64,000 nucleotides of DNA from an uncultured Gemmatimonadaceae bacterium (GCA_963751275.1 CAVVTZ010000007.1:128001-192000), one strand, 5' to 3'; numbered from the stretch's first letter, positions 1 to 9,791 are shown. Notes: generated by a model not told the origin, from the sequence alone. Program-made: numbers and translations.

Positions 1-666
1 GGCTCCGGAGTACAACGCGCGCCCCACGACCACGCCGAATATGCCGCGCTCCTGCATGGACCGCAGATCCTGCATCGCGCGGATCCCGCCGGCGAGCAGG
101 ACCGGGTGGTGCGATGCGTTGGCGAGGTCGTCCAGGAGGAACAGATCGTCATGCGTGATCCGGTCGCCCCGGAACTCGGGCGCCAACAGCATCCCCGCGA
201 GGGGAAGGTCGCCGAGCTCGTCGGCCAGGTCGAGCACGGTCTGCTCGGTCCGATGTTCGCCCGCATCCACGTAGCGGCCCCTCACGCGCGTCGCGACGAT
301 GAGTTGGTCGGGGAAGGTCGCGGCGGTACCCGCAAGCCAATCCGGATCGGCGAGAGCGCGTCCGCCCAGGATCACGAACGCCGCGCCGTCCGCAAGCAAC
401 TGCTGCACCTGATCGCCGCTGTTCACCCCGCCGCCCACCTGCGCGACGAGCGGGACCTCCGCGAGCAGATCGCGCACGATCTCCTTCCGCCCGCTCCGCG
501 ACTCCGGACTGTCGAGGTCCATGAGGTGCAGGCGCCGGAAGCCGTGCCGCTCCCAGACATGCGCGGCATTGATCGGATCGTCGGAACGAATGTCCGCGGC
601 GAGGGGCATGGCAGCGGCCTGCGTGCAGACCCCGGCGCGCAGGTCGAGAGCGGGGATGACGATCAT
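1..666 (-). CDS. HisA/HisF-like TIM-barrel protein (divergent HisA paralogue), 3' end runs off the window; not in the ORF track
   Basis: Manual translation from ATG at 666: MIVIPALDLRAGVC..DDPINAAHVWERHGFRRLHLMDLD..QVGGGV..PVLLAGGIR..GVVVGRALYSG. These are HisA-type motifs, the frame is open to position 1, and the start forms an ATGA overlap with the stop of the upstream regulator. Confidence 0.85.
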   Translation of the reverse strand, partial: MIVIPALDLRAGVCTQAAAMPLAADIRSDDPINAAHVWERHGFRRLHLMDLDSPESRSGRKEIVRDLLAEVPLVAQVGGGVNSGDQVQQLLADGAAFVILGGRALADPDWLAGTAATFPDQLIVATRVRGRYVDAGEHRTEQTVLDLADELGDLPLAGMLLAPEFRGDRITHDDLFLLDDLANASHHPVLLAGGIRAMQDLRSMQERGIFGVVVGRALYSGA

Positions 667-1331
667 TCGCCCGAGTGCCCGCTCGCGTCGGGAGCGGCGT
701 GCTCCCGCGCGATCTCGAAGATGCAGCGCGCGCGATCACCGTGCGCGCAGCGATGACGCACGGGCGCCGACACGATCTCGGAGACGAACGCTTCGAGAAT
801 GCCGCACGCGGCCAGATGATCGCCGGTCATCGCGGCGAGTGGGCAGCCTTCGCTCATGAGCACGAACGCCGCTGGCTGCTCGGTGACCTGCGCAGCGCCG
901 CCAAGTTCCGTGAGCGCGGTGGCGGCATCGCTGATCCGGGCGCGGAGGCGCGCGCTGGTCGTGCGATGACTGCGGGCGAGTCGCCGGCCGGTGCTGCGCA
1001 GCAATCCGGCGACTTCGTGGGGCGGGAGCCGTTCCTGCAGCGCCTCGAGGAGATGGAGCGCCGCGGGCGCGTACGCGCTCGACAGGAAGACGCCGGCGGA
1101 TTCCGCGATGCGGTATGCGTGAGCGGGCTTGCCCGGTGATGCGCGATGGACAGTGAGTCGCTCAAGGATCCCATCGCGCTCGAGGAGTGCGAGATGCGTC
1201 CGCACTGCTGAGGGTGCGATGGCGAGGGTGCGCGCGAGCTGCTCGACCGTCCTCGGCTCGCGTTGGAGTTCGGCGAGGATCGAGGTTCGGGTAGCGCCGA
1301 GTGAGCGTTGGAGCCAGAGGGGGATGGACAA
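663..1331 (-). CDS. Winged-HTH transcriptional regulator, SufR/COG2345-like, Cys-containing C-terminal domain
   Basis: N-terminal HTH (TVEQLARTLAIAPSAVRTHLALLERDG), GKPAHAY wing and C-terminal GCPL..ACG..RCAHG..RC cysteines. Confidence 0.8.
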   Translation of the reverse strand: MSIPLWLQRSLGATRTSILAELQREPRTVEQLARTLAIAPSAVRTHLALLERDGILERLTVHRASPGKPAHAYRIAESAGVFLSSAYAPAALHLLEALQERLPPHEVAGLLRSTGRRLARSHRTTSARLRARISDAATALTELGGAAQVTEQPAAFVLMSEGCPLAAMTGDHLAACGILEAFVSEIVSAPVRHRCAHGDRARCIFEIAREHAAPDASGHSGE

Positions 1332-1452
1332 TTCAGAGTGGGCAGTGGGCCTGGAGCGTATATATAGTACGGAGTCGTATTGAATACAATTAAAACATTA
1401 ATTACAGTTATAATAAGCTAATTGCACCATTGAACAGAACAACAACTGCTTG

Positions 1453-1548
1453 GACAGGATTACGAGATGAGAAGCAGGATGAACGGGATGACGACGTCGC
1501 CACGGCGGTTTCATCCTGAACATCCGAGTCTCATCCTGCAATCCTGTC
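1453..1548. repeat. Long imperfect palindromic element built from CAGGAT/ATCCTG units
   Basis: Nested arms GACAGGATT/AATCCTGTC, GATGAGA/TCTCATC, GGATG/CATCC and CGGGATGA/TCATCCTG. Confidence 0.65.
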
Positions 1549-1652
1549 AAAGGGGTTTGTTCTCTGACTCGTCCTGCCGCCGGATCCGACACGCCTCGCG
1601 GTGTAGCTGAACGGTCGCTGAGCTCATAACAGCAATTGTCTTCGGCGGGATA

Positions 1653-1669
1653 TGTGAATAAATTCACAA
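1653..1669. promoter_or_regulatory. Rex/CRP-type operator palindrome upstream of the blue-copper gene
   Basis: TGTGAA-TAAA-TTCACAA matches Rex TTGTGAA-N4-TTCACAA and CRP TGTGA-N6-TCACA; lies about 65 bp before the ATG at 1734. Confidence 0.7.
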
Positions 1670-1733
1670 CTCTCCGCGGATCTCCGCGGAGCATTCATCA
1701 AGACATCGCACTCCAGCCCGGAGATCCAACGCA

Positions 1734-2246
1734 ATGAAGCTCAATAGCCTCGTACTCATCGCGAGCATCGTCGCGCTCGGCGCCTGCGCCGGCTCTGAGA
1801 AGAGCGCTGCGAAGACTGACAGCACTGCCGCGCCTGTTGCCGCACCTGCTGCCGCACCTGCGGCGGCCCCGGCTGCCGGCGCGACCGCAGCCGCGCCGGT
1901 CACCGGCAAGACGGTCGATGTGAACATGCAGCTCGATGGCACGACGTACCACTTCGTTCCGAACACGATCACCGTGAAGGCCGGTGATGCGATCCGCTTC
2001 CACAATGTGAGCGGCGGCCCGCACAACTTCGGCTTCGATGCTACGACGATCCCTGCGAATGTGCAGACCCTTCTCGCCGCGAACATGCCGGGCGATCACA
2101 GCATGGGCCCGCTGGAAGGTCCGCTCCTGCTCCAGCCGAACGAGACGTACACGGTGTCTTTCGCGAACGTTCCCCCTGGCACGTATGCGTTCCATTGCTT
2201 CCCGCATCTCGCGCTGGGCATGAAGGGCACGATCACGGTCCAGTAG
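1734..2246 (+). CDS. Plastocyanin/azurin-family type-1 blue copper lipoprotein
   Basis: Lipobox LGAC, Ala/Pro linker, copper ligands GPHN and YAFHCFPHLALGM (H, C, H, M). Confidence 0.92.
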   Translation: MKLNSLVLIASIVALGACAGSEKSAAKTDSTAAPVAAPAAAPAAAPAAGATAAAPVTGKTVDVNMQLDGTTYHFVPNTITVKAGDAIRFHNVSGGPHNFGFDATTIPANVQTLLAANMPGDHSMGPLEGPLLLQPNETYTVSFANVPPGTYAFHCFPHLALGMKGTITVQ

Positions 2247-2274
2247 TCGCTGGGCAGTTCAACACGCGAACGAA

Positions 2275-2308
2275 AAGAGCCCGGGTGCGGTATCGCACCC
2301 GGGCTCTT
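2275..2308. terminator. Bidirectional intrinsic terminator
   Basis: AAGAGCCCGGGTGCG-gtat-CGCACCCGGGCTCTT, a perfect 15-bp stem between convergent genes. Confidence 0.85.
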
Positions 2309-2325
2309 CGTTCATGCCTGCCGTG

Positions 2326-4375
2326 CTAGATCTTCGGAAGCGGCGGCGGCGGTGGCGGCGGCGGTGGCGGCTTCGGAAGCGGCGGTGGCGGTGGCGGCTT
2401 CGGCACCGGCGGCGGCGGTGGTGGCGCCGGCTTCGGCGGCGGACCAGGCGGCGCCGGCGGGGGCGGCGGCGGCGGCTTGTACAGCGCCACGAGCGACACC
2501 GGCGTCGAAATGCGGTAGTACGGGTGGATGTCGGCGTTCACCGGATCCATTTCGTACGTGCGGTTCGCCGTGAAGCGGCCCGTCGTAGGGAAGTACGGCG
2601 GCGGTAGGGTGAGTCCGCACGTGTTGAACGCGTAGCGCTTGATGTAGCCGTACACGCCCTGGGTCTGGCCGGCGTTGAGCGTGCCGACCGATCCGCGCGT
2701 TCCCTGAATGATACCGCCCGTTAGGTAGAGGCAGCCGCGGCCCGCCGAGTCGGCGCCGCAGGACTCGCCCTGCGCGACACCGGAGTTGTAGTTCTCGACC
2801 ACGAATCCGCCGAGCGCAAGGATCGTTGCTTGCACGATCTCGTCCTGCGTCGCAGACAAATGCAACACGGTATCCGGTGAGGATCCGAGCATTCTGCGGT
2901 GAATTCAGCAGATTGTCAGCCATCACGACATTGGCGCCGGAGAAGAGACCCAAATAGTCGGCGCAATCGCTCGCCGCATTGTCCTGCAGCGTCACGTCGT
3001 CGGCGATCACGATGTCGTACGGCGACGCGAGCGTGAACCGCCCGCGCACCTTGCCACTGATCGCGACCTTGCCGTCCACGAAGATGACGCCCTTGAAGTT
3101 CGGATTGAGCGTGTGGCTGAGGGGCCAGAGATACGCGCTGTCCGCGCGGTTGATACCGGTAGCGCCCAGCCTCGGATCGATCGGCATCGGCGACTTCTTC
3201 CACGCGCCGTGGGACGGCACCGAATCCATGAACACGCCCTTGTTCCCGCCAGTGGTGTTGAGCATCGGATCGCCGCCGAGATAGCACTTGCCGCGTCCTG
3301 CGACCTTGTTCAGCACCGCTCGCCGCGCTGGGAGGCTGGCCCCTGCCTGGCTGACCAACTCGAACGTCGCGCTCCCGGTGTCCGCACCACAATTGTCGTT
3401 CACGCGCGTGCTCCAGTTCGTCACGCCCGCGAGATTCACGTTGCCGGTATTAGCAGCAACCGTGTACTGCGCCTTCGCGGCGGTGGACGGCGCGTCCACC
3501 TGCCAGACCCGCATGAAGCCCTCGTCATCGTCGCTCGAGTCGCCATCCTGATTCAGGTCGAGGGCGAGGAACTCGATGCGCGTGGTCGCTTCTCCCTGCG
3601 CGCCCACATTGTCGCCAAGGATCGACGTGCTGCCGACCACCGCCAATCCCTTGAGTTGAGTCAGAAGCGTGGTCGACGGCATCTTGATCACGGGCACTTT
3701 CTGTGTCACGCCCTTGTCGAAGATGCCATTTGGTTTGTTGATGACGGTCTGGGCCGTGGTCACCTTGTCGTGGAACTCGGCACCGGACGCCGCGATGCGG
3801 ATGAAGTCGTTCGAATGAACGGGGCCGAAGATCTGGTCGCCGCCGCCGAAGTAGATGCCGGCTTCATTGTTGGAGAAGTACGCGTACTTCGCGAAGGTGT
3901 CCTGGAAGATCGTGCCGCGGTGGTAGACGACGTTGCCGTAGTCGTCTTCGACCTTGGCGATGATCGTCCCGAAGATCCCGAACTCGCCGGTCGTGCTGAA
4001 GCTCGGACCGGCCCACGTGGTGCGATAGACGTGCGGGATGATCGTCCCGTTGGCGTCCTTCACCGGCACGTGCGTCTCGAGCTGGATCTCGCCGCTGTCC
4101 AGGAAGAACGCGGGATCGCCCGGGTGCGTGTTGACGAGGTTGCGGATCTCCTCGACGGCCGCCTCAGCGGCGTCGTAGAGGACCACCGATCGCTCGCTGT
4201 TCTTGGCGATCAGCCGGGCGTTGAGCGTCGTGGTCGATGCGACGACGATGATGGCCATCACGGCCAGCATCACCAATAGCACCGCCATCAACGCGGCGCC
4301 GCGACGCTTCGTCGTGGGACGCGCTGCTTTCATGGGTCGTACCTCCGCGGACGTGTGCTGCGACAGGGTCTTCAT
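2326..4375 (-). CDS. Large PilX/GspK-like minor pilin with extended C-terminal domain and poly-Pro tail; frameshift near 2885
   Basis: RRG|AALMAVLLVMLAV type IV pilin signal lacking Glu5, as is typical of PilX; ATGA-coupled to the pilW-like stop; the 2326..2892 frame continues the domain (GGIIQ..GYIKRYAF..PPYFP). Confidence 0.8.
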
Positions 4376-5523
4376 GGGTTGGTTCCCTTGATCCAGACGG
4401 TACCGGCCGACACGACGGCATCCGAGTACGACGGGGTGCAATCCTGTGCCGCTACTGCATACTGCCACTCGACCTTGCCGGTGTCCTGTGGCGGCGCATC
4501 GAGGAACGTATATGCCGGTGGAGCGCCCGACGGGATCGAAACGAAGGGAGAATTCCACACGGAATCGCCTACCCGCCGGCGCCAGAGCAGATAGCTCATG
4601 ATGTCGCGCTCGCCGCCCGTCTCATCGCCGTCCGCGGTCCATTGGACGTTCACATTGAGGCTGTCCGCGCTCGAGATCGTCGGTGCCGACATTGACACGG
4701 GATCATTACCGCACGTCTCCAGCCCGCGATTGCCCATGTTGGGGAAGGGCGCGATGAGCGACATCGGGCGCGTGCGTTCGGCGGGTCCGGTGAGTCCGTT
4801 CGTGACGATGTAGCTCACGATCACGGCGCGCAGATTCGTGATCAGGCGCGTCTTCACGGTGTCGCTCGTGAAGTCGAACTCGAGCGGCAGGGAGCCCGTC
4901 TTGATGGTATCGATGCTCTTCAGGTTCGCGGAATCCTTCAGATACATGTACTGGAAGAAGGGCACCGTGTCCTGCAGGATGTTCCGCACGACGGCTTCCG
5001 GCGGCGAGTTGTTCACCTGGCGGAAGAGCACGTAGTCGTCGGAGCGCGCGGTCTCCGTGTCGGGCGCGAACCAGAAGGTGATCATCTCCGCCGGGCTCAT
5101 GTGGACCGAGTCGGATTTGTAGTCGAAGTTCGGATAGACCAGCGAACTGCCGCCCGGCACCGTGATCTGATTGGAGACCGTGATCGCATCGACCTCATTG
5201 GCCGGCGCGTTCGGCGTATAGTAGATGGCGTTGTGGTCGCCGACGGTGTTCGATGCATAGTCGGCGTTGAAAGAGAACGAATTCGCATCCGCGTAGATGA
5301 TCGGCGGCTGCCCTTCGATCGTATTCGCGCCCACCGACCGGAAGTGCTGATTGAGCAGGTCGGCGCCGAACCGGAGGTTCTGCAGGAGCGTCACATTGCT
5401 CGCACCGCGGCGGAACGACTTGGACTGGCCGATGAAGAAGTTCATCGCCGCGCCCATCACGACCCCCATGATGACGATCGCAATGAGCAGCTCGAGCAGC
5501 GACATGGCACGGCGGTTGCGCAT
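4372..5523 (-). CDS. PilW-like minor pilin (prepilin N-methylation domain, FN3-like C-terminus)
   Basis: RRA|MSLLELLIAIVIMGVV prepilin motif; position in the operon. Confidence 0.8.
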   Translation of the reverse strand: MRNRRAMSLLELLIAIVIMGVVMGAAMNFFIGQSKSFRRGASNVTLLQNLRFGADLLNQHFRSVGANTIEGQPPIIYADANSFSFNADYASNTVGDHNAIYYTPNAPANEVDAITVSNQITVPGGSSLVYPNFDYKSDSVHMSPAEMITFWFAPDTETARSDDYVLFRQVNNSPPEAVVRNILQDTVPFFQYMYLKDSANLKSIDTIKTGSLPLEFDFTSDTVKTRLITNLRAVIVSYIVTNGLTGPAERTRPMSLIAPFPNMGNRGLETCGNDPVSMSAPTISSADSLNVNVQWTADGDETGGERDIMSYLLWRRRVGDSVWNSPFVSIPSGAPPAYTFLDAPPQDTGKVEWQYAVAAQDCTPSYSDAVVSAGTVWIKGTNP

Positions 5524-5534
5524 GGGAGTCGGCC

Positions 5535-5951
5535 TCAGAACGCAGCGATGGAGATCGACCGGGTCACCGGCGCCGTAAGCGTCGGTGCACTGACGGTGAC
5601 CGTCACGTGGGTGACATCATTGTTCGGGCACGGCGGCGTGGTCGGTGCATTGCAGCCCGTGGTCACGCTGGTGTCGCGTTTCACGACCGTGGTCCGCGTC
5701 CAGCCGGGTTCAGGGTAGTTCGCCTGCACCCCGTCGAAGTTGATGATCGCGGCGTAATCAGGCCATCCGCGGATCTCCGCGATCCGCGTGTCGGCCGACG
5801 TGGATGCACGCACGCGGCTATAGTCGATCGTCGTTTCGTGCATGAACGTGATGGTCGTGCTCGCCAGTCCCATCACGATCACGCTGAGGATGACCAGCGC
5901 GACCATGATCTCGGCAAGCGAGAAGCCGCGGCGGTTAGCAGTCAGTCGCAT
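5535..5951 (-). CDS. PilV-like minor pilin
   Basis: MRLTANRRG|FSLAEIMVALVIL; start overlaps the upstream stop (TGATG). Confidence 0.82.
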   Translation of the reverse strand: MRLTANRRGFSLAEIMVALVILSVIVMGLASTTITFMHETTIDYSRVRASTSADTRIAEIRGWPDYAAIINFDGVQANYPEPGWTRTTVVKRDTSVTTGCNAPTTPPCPNNDVTHVTVTVSAPTLTAPVTRSISIAAF

Positions 5952-6535
5952 CAGAAGCCTCGGATCCAGGTGGAACCATCGTAGTGCCACCATTCGGCGC
6001 GCCCGGTGGCGCGTTCGACGTGGATGGCGCGCACGTCCCTCACGTACGCTGCATCGGTCTGCGCCCGCGTGGATGCCAGATAGATCCCGCGGGATTCGCT
6101 CGCACTGCCGTTCCGATAGAACGTCACGGCCGGGAGACCGGTGGATCCCTCGGTGCCGGTGAAGCTGATCGCACTGGCACCCCACGCGAGCGGACTCGCG
6201 AAGCCAAGGCCGTACCGGACCCGATCGCCCAAGTAGATCGAACGCACGGGCTCGCCCGGATCCAGCTGCCCGTTGTTGTTCGCATCGCCGATGATGCGCA
6301 AGTTGTTGTTCCCGGGGTCGAACACGATGATGACGTCGTATTGTTTCGCGATTGCCTGGCGCTGCGCCGAGATGAACGCCGTGCCGACGACCTGCTGGTC
6401 ACCGTTGATCTGATAGCGCGCGACGTCCACCTTCCACACGGCGAAGCCGAGCAGGATGCTGATGAGCGTGATCACGATCATGAGCTCGATCAGCGTGAAG
6501 CCTTGGTGCGCCGACGTGCGTTGCAATGGCCTCAT
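5951..6535 (-). CDS. FimT/FimU/GspH-like minor pilin
   Basis: HQG|FTLIELMIVITLISIL, DANNNGQLDPGE, VTFYRNG. Confidence 0.85.
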   Translation of the reverse strand: MRPLQRTSAHQGFTLIELMIVITLISILLGFAVWKVDVARYQINGDQQVVGTAFISAQRQAIAKQYDVIIVFDPGNNNLRIIGDANNNGQLDPGEPVRSIYLGDRVRYGLGFASPLAWGASAISFTGTEGSTGLPAVTFYRNGSASESRGIYLASTRAQTDAAYVRDVRAIHVERATGRAEWWHYDGSTWIRGF

Positions 6536-6966
6536 GGCGTGCGGAGCTCCGTCAGAAAGCATAATCCAGGGGAAGCGAAATCACCCGGGCTTCCCCGGGC
6601 GATGGGTTCTAATGCACGAACCATGCGCCGATTCTAGCAGACCGGCCGATTGTAACTATTTATGGCGTTAACTAGAAGGCGAGCGCTCCGTCCCGACGTT
6701 AGTGATACAAAATATTACATTTCTTTGTAGAGTAGGCGAAAATAGCTCACCAGGGAAGTGGCCACCGTTATGTGGATGCATCATTACTAGCGCGAACGTC
6801 ATTCGATCTCTCACCGTCCTAGGCCGCAACTCGCCAAGAGCTATTAGAAAATGCTATAGTTTTACACGTTCCCGCAAGAAAGTTGCAAAAAGCTGCCGAG
6901 GTCTGGAGTGAGGTAATCAGCTCCCTTATTTCCCTGGTGGTACCGTCAGGGTAAGTTGTCGCAACG

Positions 6967-7575
6967 ATGCTTGGCTATTCTGATGCGATCAATCACGCGT
7001 TCGCCTTCGCGACGAAGCACCACGACCAGGAGACGCGGAAGGGCACACGCCTTCCATACCTGATAGCCGCGCCCAACGTCGCCGTGATCCTCGCGCGATA
7101 TGGGCAGGACGAGGAGACGATCGTTTCAGCGATCGTGCTCGATGCCGTCGAAGACTTCGTGCGTGACGGATACACTCCCGACATGTTGCGCAGCCGGATC
7201 GCGGAGAAGTTCGGACCGGGAGTCCAGGCCACGGCGCTCAGCATCATCGAGCGGCGCACGGATGACGATGGGGTGGAGCTTTCGCCGCCGGAGCGGAAGG
7301 AGGATCAACTCAGACGCTTGGCCTCGGCGTCACCGCGCGCGCATTGGGTCGTGGCCGCGGTGAGCGTGCATCTGGCGAGCACGCTGCTCGCGAATCTCCG
7401 GCGCACGGAATTCCCGGAATCGGTGTGGGGCCGCTTCGCCGCGGGACGCGCCGGCACGATCAACTGGTATGCGGAGGTCGCGCGCCGCCTTCGCGCGGCC
7501 GGCTTTGCCACTCCGATCATGTCGGAACTCGATGCCGTGGTGCGCGAACTCGAAAGCTACCGCGCGAAGGACTGA
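6967..7575 (+). CDS. HD-domain protein of the small alarmone hydrolase/Mesh1 type with degenerate metal ligands
   Basis: AFAFATKHHDQETRKGTRLPY..V..IL..DEETIVSAIVLDAVED..ERK follows the RSH hydrolase pattern, but HD has become LD. Confidence 0.8.
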   Translation: MLGYSDAINHAFAFATKHHDQETRKGTRLPYLIAAPNVAVILARYGQDEETIVSAIVLDAVEDFVRDGYTPDMLRSRIAEKFGPGVQATALSIIERRTDDDGVELSPPERKEDQLRRLASASPRAHWVVAAVSVHLASTLLANLRRTEFPESVWGRFAAGRAGTINWYAEVARRLRAAGFATPIMSELDAVVRELESYRAKD

Positions 7576-7583
7576 CCCGCCCG

Positions 7584-8807
7584 CTACCGGCCGCGCGCCG
7601 GATACGCGCGCGCGACGTAGCGCTCGAGGATCTCCAGGAATTCCGGCACGATCGTCTCGCCCTTGAGCGTGATGTGGAGCTGGCCGTCCACGTACACGGG
7701 TGCGCGCGGATCCTCGGCGGTGCCGGGCAGCGAGATGCCGATGTTCGCGTGCTTCGACTCGCCGGGTCCGTTCACGACGCACCCCATCACCGCGACGCGC
7801 ATCTCTTCGACGCCGGGATGCCGCTCGCGCCAGACGGGCATCTGATCGCGCAGATACCCTTGGATGTCTTCCGCCATCTGCTGGAAGAACGTCGAGGTCG
7901 TGCGTCCGCAGCCGGGGCACGCGGTGACCTGCGGCGCGAAGCTGCGCAGTCCGAGTGATTGCAGGATCTGCTGCGCGACGCGCACCTCTTCCGTGCGGTC
8001 GCCGCCCGGCCGGGGCGTGAGCGAGACGCGAATCGTGTCGCCGATCCCCTCGCCGAGGAGGATCGAGAGACCGGCCGTGCTCGCAACGACGCCCTTGGTG
8101 CCGAGTCCGGCCTCGGTGAGGCCGAGGTGGAGGGGATAATCGCTGCGCTTGGCGAGCCGGCGGTAGACATCCACCAGATCCTGCACACCGGAGACCTTCG
8201 CGGAGAGGATGATGCGATCGTGCCCGAGCCCGGTCTCCTCAGCGAGCTGCGCCGAACGCAGCGCGCTCTCGAGCATCGCCTCGACGTAGACCTCGCGTGC
8301 GTCGAGCGGCTCGGAGCGGCGCGCGTTCGCGTCCATCATCTGCGTCAGGAGATCCTGGTCGAGCGAACCCCAGTTCACGCCGATGCGCACCGGCTTGTCG
8401 TGTTCGATCGCGATGCGGATGATCGTCCGGAAATTGTCATCGCGCCGCTTGCCTCCGACATTGCCGGGGTTGATGCGGTACTTGGCGAGCGCGCTCGCGC
8501 ATGCGGGATACTTGGCGAGCAGCAGATGCCCGTTGTAATGGAAGTCGCCGATGACCGGAACGGAGACACCGGAATCCTTGAGGCGCCGCATGACATCGGG
8601 CACGGCAGCGGCGGATTCGTCGTTGTTCACCGTAACGCGCACGAGCTCCGAGCCCGCCGCGGCGAGCGCCGCGACCTGCGCCGCGGTGGCGACGGCGTCC
8701 GCGGTGTCGGTGTTCGTCATCGACTGCACGACCACCGGGTGACCGGAGCCGACGGGAATCCCACCGACCCGGACCGTGACCGTGGCGCGGCGCTGCAAGA
8801 AGGGCAT
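7584..8807 (-). CDS. ispG: (E)-4-hydroxy-3-methylbut-2-enyl-diphosphate synthase
   Basis: [55 protein letters not shown]; start at MPFLQRR. Confidence 0.97.
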   Translation of the reverse strand: MPFLQRRATVTVRVGGIPVGSGHPVVVQSMTNTDTADAVATAAQVAALAAAGSELVRVTVNNDESAAAVPDVMRRLKDSGVSVPVIGDFHYNGHLLLAKYPACASALAKYRINPGNVGGKRRDDNFRTIIRIAIEHDKPVRIGVNWGSLDQDLLTQMMDANARRSEPLDAREVYVEAMLESALRSAQLAEETGLGHDRIILSAKVSGVQDLVDVYRRLAKRSDYPLHLGLTEAGLGTKGVVASTAGLSILLGEGIGDTIRVSLTPRPGGDRTEEVRVAQQILQSLGLRSFAPQVTACPGCGRTTSTFFQQMAEDIQGYLRDQMPVWRERHPGVEEMRVAVMGCVVNGPGESKHANIGISLPGTAEDPRAPVYVDGQLHITLKGETIVPEFLEILERYVARAYPARGR

Positions 8808-8921
8808 GATGCGAAAGATAGGCGGCCGCCGGAGCGAGGGGGATGGCGGGCGTCTCGCGCCGGCGGCGCGGCGACGTAGATTGCAGTCGGGAAGCAGGAT
8901 CACCTGGGAGATGAACCGATC

Positions 8922-9344
8922 ATGGCAAACGATGAGGCGCCGCCCGCCGGCGAGACGAAACCGAAGAAATTGAGGTGGAAGCGGTGGCTGGCGCTGATCA
9001 TCCTGGTGCCGGCGGTGCTCTTCGCGCTCTACACCTGGAGCGCGCTCGCCTTCTCCTACTCGAGGGGCGACCGGGCGGGCTACCTCCAGAAATTCTCGGA
9101 GAAAGGATGGCTCTGTAAGACGTGGGAGGGGGAGATCGCGATGGCGAATCTGCCCGGGACCATGCCGGAAGTCTTCGATTTCACGGTCCGGAACGACTCG
9201 GTGGCCCAGATCCTGCGCGGTCTGGCCGGCCAGCGGGTGGCCATCATCTATGAGCAGCACAAGGGAGTGCCCACGAGCTGTTTCGGGGACACGGAGTACT
9301 ATGTGGTGGGGGTGAATCAGATAGCCGCCCCGGCCCAGCCATAG
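8922..9344 (+). CDS. Conserved single-TM hypothetical protein (YSxGxRAG..KFSxKGWxCKTWEGE family)
   Basis: One hydrophobic segment followed by a recognisable conserved motif; codon usage looks coding. Confidence 0.75.
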   Translation: MANDEAPPAGETKPKKLRWKRWLALIILVPAVLFALYTWSALAFSYSRGDRAGYLQKFSEKGWLCKTWEGEIAMANLPGTMPEVFDFTVRNDSVAQILRGLAGQRVAIIYEQHKGVPTSCFGDTEYYVVGVNQIAAPAQP

Positions 9345-9569
9345 GCGGCCCCAAAATCCGCTATTGCCCCGAACCAGGGGCAGGCCTATATTCGGGCAGG
9401 CACCACCCGCATCTCGTTAGAGGACCCGGGCGGCTCTCTCGTCCGGGTTTTGTAGTTTCGAGGAAGCAGGTGGAGCTCGGCGCGATGGCAAATCCGCTCG
9501 CGTCAGGCATCACTTGGTCAGGGAAAGGCGCATGCCGCACCCTGAACAAACATCTTCAGGAGTATGGCA

Positions 9570-9776
9570 ATGCGTGTCACAGGCAAAGTGAAGTGGTTCA
9601 ACGACGCGAAGGGGTTCGGCTTCATCACCCCGGACAACGGTCAGAAGGACTGCTTCGTCCACTACAGCGCGATTCAGGGCAGCGGCTTCAAGACGCTGGC
9701 CGAAGGCGAGGCGGTGGAGTTCGACATCGTCGAGGGGCAGAAGGGTCCCGCGGCTGAGAACGTGACCAAGCGCTAA
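9570..9776 (+). CDS. cspA: Cold-shock protein
   Basis: [15 protein letters not shown] (RNP1) and CFVHYSAI (RNP2); alternative ATG at 9564. Confidence 0.96.
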   Translation: MRVTGKVKWFNDAKGFGFITPDNGQKDCFVHYSAIQGSGFKTLAEGEAVEFDIVEGQKGPAAENVTKR

Positions 9777-9791
9777 CGCGCCGACCACGGT

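Noticed and set aside
2340..2475. GGC/GGT microsatellite-like tract
   Set aside because: Explained as poly-proline codons of the PilX tail; listed there.
6613..6630. Sigma54 promoter for the pilin operon
   Set aside because: The minus-strand GCGCATGGTTCGTGCA has a -12 TGCA but lacks the invariant -24 GG at the correct spacing.
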